Assembly (NCBI GenBank): GCA_964016885.1
Contig: OZ024765.1
Span: 21,390,001 to 21,454,000, forward strand
Direction: 5' to 3'
Length of the DNA stretch: 64,000 bases
Source of the DNA: Eledone cirrhosa
Lineage: Eukaryota
The notes under the pieces are model-generated. The model worked only from the letters and a program-made list of their open reading frames with translations, searched no databases and had not been told where the DNA came from. Shown here piece after piece: positions 55,301 to 64,000 of the stretch. The first letter of the stretch is position 1; every line of letters begins with the position of its first letter. The translations under genes and the position numbers were made by a program.

Positions 55301-58300
55301 AGGAACACGCACACAGACACACAGACACACACATACACACACACAGAGACACTGGCAGACTCCCACAGGAACACGCACACAGACACACAGACACACACAT
55401 ACACACACACAGAGACACTGGCAGACTCCCACAGGAACACGCACACAGACACACAGACACACACATACACACACACAGAGACACTGGCAGACTCCCACAG
55501 GAACACGCACACAGACACACACACACAGAGACACTGGCAGACTCCCACAGGAACACGCACACAGACACACAGACACACACATACACACACACAGAGACAC
55601 TGGCAGACTCCCACAGGAACACGCACACAGACACACAGACACACACATACACACACACAGAGACACTGGCAGACTCCCACAGGAACACGCACACAGACAC
55701 ACAGACACACACATACACACACACAGAGACACTGGCAGACTCCCACAGGAACACGCACACAGACACACACACAGAGACACTGGCAGACTCCCACAGGAAC
55801 ACGCACACAGACACACACATACACACACACAGAGACACTGGCAGACTCCCACAGGAACACGCACACAGACACACACATCACACAGAGACACTGGCAGACT
55901 CCCACAGGAACACGCACACAGACACACAGACACACACATACACACACACAGAGACACTGGCAGACTCCCACAGGAACACGCACACAGACACACAGACACA
56001 CACATACACACACACAGAGACACTGGCAGACTCCCACAGGAACACGCACACAGACACACACACAGAGACACTGGCAGACTCCCACAGGAACACGCACACA
56101 GACACACACATACACACACACAGAGACACTGGCAGACTCCCACAGGAACACGCACACAGACACACACATACACACACACAGAGACACACACACAGAGACA
56201 CTGGCAGACTCCCACAGGAACACGCACACAGACACACACATACACACACACAGAGACACTGGCAGACTCCCACAGGAACACGCACACAGACACACACATA
56301 CACACACACAGAGACACTGGCAGACTCCCACAGGAACACGCACACAGACACACAGACACACACATACACACACACAGAGACACTGGCAGACTCCCACAGG
56401 AACACGCACACAGACACACAGACACACACATACACACACACAGAGACACTGGCAGACTCCCACAGGAACACGCACACAGACACACACACAGAGACACTGG
56501 CAGACTCCCACAGGAACACGCACACAGACACACACATACACACACACAGAGACACTGGCAGACTCCCACAGGAACACGCACACAGACACACACATACACA
56601 CACACAGAGACACTGGCAGACTCCCACAGGAACACGCACACAGACACACAGACACACACATACACACACACAGAGACACTGGCAGACTCCCACAGGAACA
56701 CGCACACAGACACACAGACACACACATACACACACACAGAGACACTGGCAGACTCCCACAGGAACACACACACAGACACACACACAGAGACACTGGCAGA
56801 CTCCCACAGGAACACGCACACAGACACACACATACACACACACAGAGACACTGGCAGACTCCCACAGGAACACGCACACAGACACACACATACACACACA
56901 CAGAGACACTGGCAGACTCCCACAGGAACACGCACACAGACACACACATACACACACACAGAGACACTGGCAGACTCCCACAGGAACACGCACACAGACA
57001 CACACATACACACACACAGAGACACACACACAGAGACACTGGCAGACTCCCACAGGAACACGCACACAGACACACACATACACACACACAGAGACACTGG
57101 CAGACTCCCACAGGAACACGCACACAGACACACAGACACACACATACACACACACAGAGACACTGGCAGACTCCCACAGGAACACGCACACAGACACACA
57201 GACACACACATACACACACACAGAGACACTGGCAGACTCCCACAGGAACACGCACACAGACACACACACAGAGACACTGGCAGACTCCCACAGGAACACG
57301 CACACAGACACACACATACACACACACAGAGACACTGGCAGACTCCCACAGGAACACGCACACAGACACACACATACACACACACAGAGACACTGGCAGA
57401 CTCCCACAGGAACACGCACACAGACACACAGACACACACATACACACACACAGAGACACTGGCAGACTCCCACAGGAACACGCACACAGACACACAGACA
57501 CACACATACACACACACAGAGACACTGGCAGACTCCCACAGGAACACACACACAGACACACACACAGAGACACTGGCAGACTCCCACAGGAACACGCACA
57601 CAGACACACACACAGAGACACTGGCAGACTCCCACAGGAACACGCACACAGACACACACATACACACACACAGAGACACTGGCAGACTCCCACAGGAACA
57701 CGCACACAGACACACACATACACACACACAGAGACACACACACAGAGACACTGGCAGACTCCCACAGGAACACGCACACAGACACACACACAGAGACACT
57801 GGCAGACTCCCACAGGAACACGCACACAGACACACACATACACACACACAGAGACACTGGCAGACTCCCACAGGAACACGCACACAGACACACACATACA
57901 CACACACAGAGACACTGGCAGACTCCCACAGGAACACGCACACAGACACACACATACACACACACAGAGACACACACACAGAGACACTGGCAGACTCCCA
58001 CAGGAACACGCACACAGACACACACACACAGAGACACTGGCAGACTCCCACAGGAACACGCACACAGACACACACATACACACACACAGAGACACTGGCA
58101 GACTCCCACAGGAACACGCACACAGACACACACATACACACACACAGAGACACTGGCAGACTCCCACAGGAACACGCACACAGACACACACATACACACA
58201 CACAGAGACACACACACAGAGACACTGGCAGACTCCCACAGGAACACGCACACAGACACACACACAGAGACACTGGCAGACTCCCACAGGAACACGCACA

Positions 58301-60677
58301 CAGACACACACATACACACACACAGAGACACTGGCAGACTCCCACAGGAACACGCACACAGACACACACATACACACACACAGAGACACTGGCAGACTCC
58401 CACAGGAACACGCACACAGACACACAGACACACACATACACACACACAGAGACACTGGCAGACTCCCACAGGAACACGCACACAGACACACAGACACACA
58501 CATACACACACACAGAGACACTGGCAGACTCCCACAGGAACACACACACAGACACACACACAGAGACACTGGCAGACTCCCACAGGAACACGCACACAGA
58601 CACACACACAGAGACACTGGCAGACTCCCACAGGAACACGCACACAGACACACACATACACACACACAGAGACACTGGCAGACTCCCACAGGAACACGCA
58701 CACAGACACACACATACACACACACAGAGACACTGGCAGACTCCCACAGGAACACGCACACAGACACACACATACACACACACAGAGACACTGGCAGACT
58801 CCCACAGGAACACGCACACAGACACACACATACACACACACAGAGACACTGGCAGACTCCCACAGGAACACGCACACAGACACACACATACACACACACA
58901 GAGACACTGGCAGACTCCCACAGGAACACGCACACAGACACACACATACACACACACAGAGACACTGGCAGACTCCCACAGGAACACGCACACAGACACA
59001 CACACACACACAGAGACACTGGCAGACTCCCACAGGAACACGCACACAGACACACACATACACACACACAAGACACACACACAGAGACACTGGCAGACTC
59101 CCACAGGAACACGCACACAGACACACACACACACAGAGACACTGGCAGACTCCCACAGGAACACGCACACAGACACACACATACACACACACAGAGACAC
59201 TGGCAGACTCCCACAGGAACACGCACACAGACACACACATACACACACACAGAGACACTGGCAGACTCCCACAGGAACACGCACACAGACACACACATAC
59301 ACACACACAGAGACACTGGCAGACTCCCACAGGAACACGCACACAGACACACACATACACACACACAGAGACACTGGCAGACTCCCACAGGAACACGCAC
59401 ACAGACACACACATACACACACACAGAGACACTGGCAGACTCCCACAGGAACACGCACACAGACACACACATACACACACACAGAGACACACACACAGAG
59501 ACACTGGCAGACTCCCACAGGAACACGCACACAGACACACACATACACACACACAGAGACACTGGCAGACTCCCACAGGAACACGCACACAGACACACAC
59601 ATACACACACACAGAGACACTGGCAGACTCCCACAGGAACACGCACACAGACACACACATACACACACACAGAGACACACACACAGAGACACTGGCAGAC
59701 TCCCACAGGAACACGCACACAGACACACACATACACACACACAGAGACACTGGCAGACTCCCACAGGAACACGCACACAGACACACACATACACACACAC
59801 AGAGACACTGGCAGACTCCCACAGGAACACGCACACAGACACACACATACACACACACAGAGACACACACACAGAGACACTGGCAGACTCCCACAGGAAC
59901 ACGCACACAGACACACACATACACACACACAGAGACACTGGCAGACTCCCACAGGAACACGCACACAGACACACACATACACACACACAGAGACACTGGC
60001 AGACTCCCACAGGAACACGCACACAGACACACACATACACACACACAGAGACACACACACAGAGACACTGGCAGACTCCCACAGGAACACGCACACAGAC
60101 ACACACATACACACACACAGAGACACTGGCAGACTCCCACAGGAACACGCACACAGACACACACATACACACACACAGAGACACTGGCAGACTCCCACAG
60201 GAACACGCACACAGACACACACATACACACACACAGAGACACACACACAGAGACACTGGCAGACTCCACAGGAACACGCACACAGACACACACATACACA
60301 CACACAGAGACACTGGCAGACTCCCACAGGAACACGCACACAGACACACAGACACACACATACACACACACAGAGACACTGGCAGACTCCCACAGGAACA
60401 CGCACACAGACACACACACAGAGACACTGGCAGACTCCCACAGGAACACGCACACAGACACACACACAGAGACACTGGCAGACTCCCACAGGAACACGCA
60501 CACAGACACACAGACACACACATACACACACACAGAGACACTGGCAGACTCCCACAGGAACACGCACACAGACACACAGACACACACATACACACACACA
60601 GAGACACTGGCAGACTCCCACAGGAACACGCACACAGACACACAGACACACACATACACACACACAGAGACACTGGC
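49397..60677. repeat. Large CA-rich satellite (units roughly 46-66 bp, commonly 58), more than 11 kb
   Basis: Core gagacactggcagactcccacaggaacacgcacacagac plus variable (CA)n. Confidence 0.97.
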
Positions 60678-60877
60678 NNNNNNNNNNNNNNNNNNNNNNN
60701 NNNNNNNNNNNNNNNNNNNNNNNNNNNNNNNNNNNNNNNNNNNNNNNNNNNNNNNNNNNNNNNNNNNNNNNNNNNNNNNNNNNNNNNNNNNNNNNNNNNN
60801 NNNNNNNNNNNNNNNNNNNNNNNNNNNNNNNNNNNNNNNNNNNNNNNNNNNNNNNNNNNNNNNNNNNNNNNNNNNNN
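60678..60877. other. Assembly gap (200 N)
   Basis: Run of N. Confidence 0.99.
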
Positions 60878-63800
60878 TGTGTATATATATGTATATATCT
60901 ATATGTACTGTATATATATATATATATATATACATCTCTGTGTGTATATATATGTATATATCTATATGTACTGTGTATATATATACATCTCTGTGTGTAT
61001 ATGTATATATCTATATGTACTGTGTATATATATACATCTCTGTGTGTATATATATGTATATATCTATATGTACTGTATATATATATACATCTCTGTGTGT
61101 ATATATATGTATATATCTATATGTACTGTGTATATATATACATCTCTGTGTGTATATATATGTATATATCTATATGTACTGTATATATATATACATCTCT
61201 GTGTGTATATATATGTATATATCTATATGTACTGTGTATATATATACATCTCTGTGTGTATATATATGTATATATCTATATGTACTGTATATATATATAC
61301 ATCTCTGTGTGTATATATATGTATATATCTATATGTACTGTGTATATATATACATCTCTGTGTGTATATATATGTATATATCTATATGTACTGTATATAT
61401 ATATACATCTCTGTGTGTATATATATGTACATATCTATATGTACTGTGTATATATATGTATATATCTATATGTACTGTGTATATATATATACATCTCTGT
61501 GTGTATATATATGTATATATCTATATGTACTGTGTATATATATACATCTCTGTGTGTATATATATGTATATATCTATATGTACTGTATATATATATACAT
61601 CTCTGTGTGTATATATATGTATATATCTATATGTACTGTGTATATATATACATCTCTGTGTGTATATATATGTATATATCTATATGTACTGTGTATATAT
61701 ATATACATCTCTGTGTGTATATATATGTATATATCTATATGTACTGTGTATATATATACATCTCTGTGTGTATATATATGTATATATCTATATGTACTGT
61801 ATATATATATACATCTCTGTGTGTATATATATGTACATATCTATATGTACTGTGTATATATATGTATATATCTATATGTACTGTGTATATATATATACAT
61901 CTGTGTGTGTGTGTATATATGTATATATCTATATGTACTGTATATATATACATCTCTGTGTGTATATATATGTATATATCTATATGTACTGTATATATAT
62001 ATACATCTCTGTGTGTATATATATGTATATATCTATATGTACTGTGTATATATATACATCTCTGTGTGTATATATATGTATATATCTATATGTACTGTGT
62101 ATATATATACATCTCTGTGTGTATATATATGTATATATCTATATGTACTGTATATATATATACATCTCTGTGTGTATATATATGTATATATCTATATGTA
62201 CTGTGTATATATATACATCTCTGTGTGTATATATATGTATATATCTATATGTACTGTGTATATATATACATCTCTGTGTGTATATATATGTATATATCTA
62301 TATGTACTGTATATATATACATCTCTGTGTGTATATATATGTATATATCTATATGTACTGTGTATATATATACATCTCTGTGTGTGTATATATGTATATA
62401 TCTATATGTACTGTGTATATATATACATCTCTGTGTGTATATATATGTATATATCTATATGTACTGTGTATATATATACATCTCTGTGTGTATATATATG
62501 TATATATCTATATGTACTGTGTATATATATACATCTCTGTGTGTATATATATGTATATATCTATATGTACTGTATATATATATACATCTCTGTGTGTATA
62601 TATATGTATATATATCTATATGTACTGTGTATATATATACATCTCTGTGTGTATATATATGTATATATCTATATGTACTGTGTATATATATACATCTCTG
62701 TGTGTATATATATGTATATATCTATATGTACTGTATATATATATATATATATATACATCTCTGTGTGTATATATATGTATATATCTATATGTACTGTGTA
62801 TATATATACATCTCTGTGTGTATATGTATATATCTATATGTACTGTGTATATATATACATCTCTGTGTGTATATATATGTATATATCTATATGTACTGTA
62901 TATATATATACATCTCTGTGTGTATATATATGTATATATCTATATGTACTGTGTATATATATACATCTCTGTGTGTATATATATGTATATATCTATATGT
63001 ACTGTATATATATATACATCTCTGTGTGTATATATATGTATATATCTATATGTACTGTGTATATATATACATCTCTGTGTGTATATATATGTATATATCT
63101 ATATGTACTGTATATATATATACATGTCTGTGTGTATATATATGTATATATCTATATGTACTGTGTATATATATACATCTCTGTGTGTATATATATGTAT
63201 ATATCTATATGTACTGTATATATATATACATCTCTGTGTGTATATATATGTACATATCTATATGTACTGTGTATATATATGTATATATCTATATGTACTG
63301 TGTATATATATATACATCTCTGTGTGTATATATATGTATATATCTATATGTACTGTGTATATATATACATCTCTGTGTGTATATATATGTATATATCTAT
63401 ATGTACTGTATATATATATACATCTCTGTGTGTATATATATGTATATATCTATATGTACTGTGTATATATATACATCTCTGTGTGTATATATATGTATAT
63501 ATCTATATGTACTGTGTATATATATATACATCTCTGTGTGTATATATATGTATATATCTATATGTACTGTGTATATATATACATCTCTGTGTGTATATAT
63601 ATGTATATATCTATATGTACTGTATATATATATACATCTCTGTGTGTATATATATGTACATATCTATATGTACTGTGTATATATATGTATATATCTATAT
63701 GTACTGTGTATATATATATACATCTGTGTGTGTGTGTATATATGTATATATCTATATGTACTGTATATATATACATCTCTGTGTGTATATATATGTATAT

Positions 63801-64000
63801 ATCTATATGTACTGTATATATATATACATCTCTGTGTGTATATATATGTATATATCTATATGTACTGTGTATATATATACATCTCTGTGTGTATATATAT
63901 GTATATATCTATATGTACTGTGTATATATATATACATCTCTGTGTGTATATATATGTATATATCTATATGTACTGTGTATATATATACATCTCTGTGTGT
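60878..64000. repeat. ~50-bp TA-rich satellite with higher-order duplication
   Basis: Unit tatatacatctctgtgtgtatatatatgtatatatctatatgtactgtg; identical variant blocks at 61735 and 63558. Confidence 0.95.

Noticed and set aside
49397-60677. CRISPR-like constant repeat with variable spacers
   Set aside because: Spacers are only (CA)n length variants, there are no cas genes, and the context is eukaryotic.
49534-60935. Giant Cys/Val-rich ORFs of up to 3709 aa
   Set aside because: Translations of a CA/TG satellite that is open in all three minus frames; no domain content.

Overview
Animal genomic DNA, probably from a cephalopod such as Octopus (inferred from the SINE, LINE and microsatellite make-up). 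No host gene is recognisable; the window is a nest of retroelements and tandem repeats. 1-22.5 kb is a (TA)n/TTTATACA microsatellite field. It holds an RTE LINE with a PHD-like zinc finger inside its RT, three Penelope-like elements (PLEs; two with the CxCx5C linker of the Hydra clade, one Neptune/Nematis-like), and at least six non-coding fold-back insertions. The fold-backs and the PLE 3' ends carry minimal type-I hammerhead ribozyme motifs (stem I-CUGANGA-stem II-GAAA-palindrome-UH-stem I'). The fold-backs share one design: a full arm with a 3' tail plus an inverted shorter arm cut off at a TA-like microhomology, consistent with twin priming at a cut (TA)n site. 23-29 kb holds tRNA-derived SINEs and Tx1 3' fragments stacked at one target, plus a 10-bp satellite expanded inside a Tx1 3' UTR. 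30-49 kb holds PLE and RTE fragments, a near full-length Tx1/L1-clade LINE, a second degenerate Tx1, and SINEs sharing the RTE 3' end. 49.4-64 kb is two large satellites separated by a 200-N assembly gap. Most ORFs in the supplied track are translations of simple repeats.
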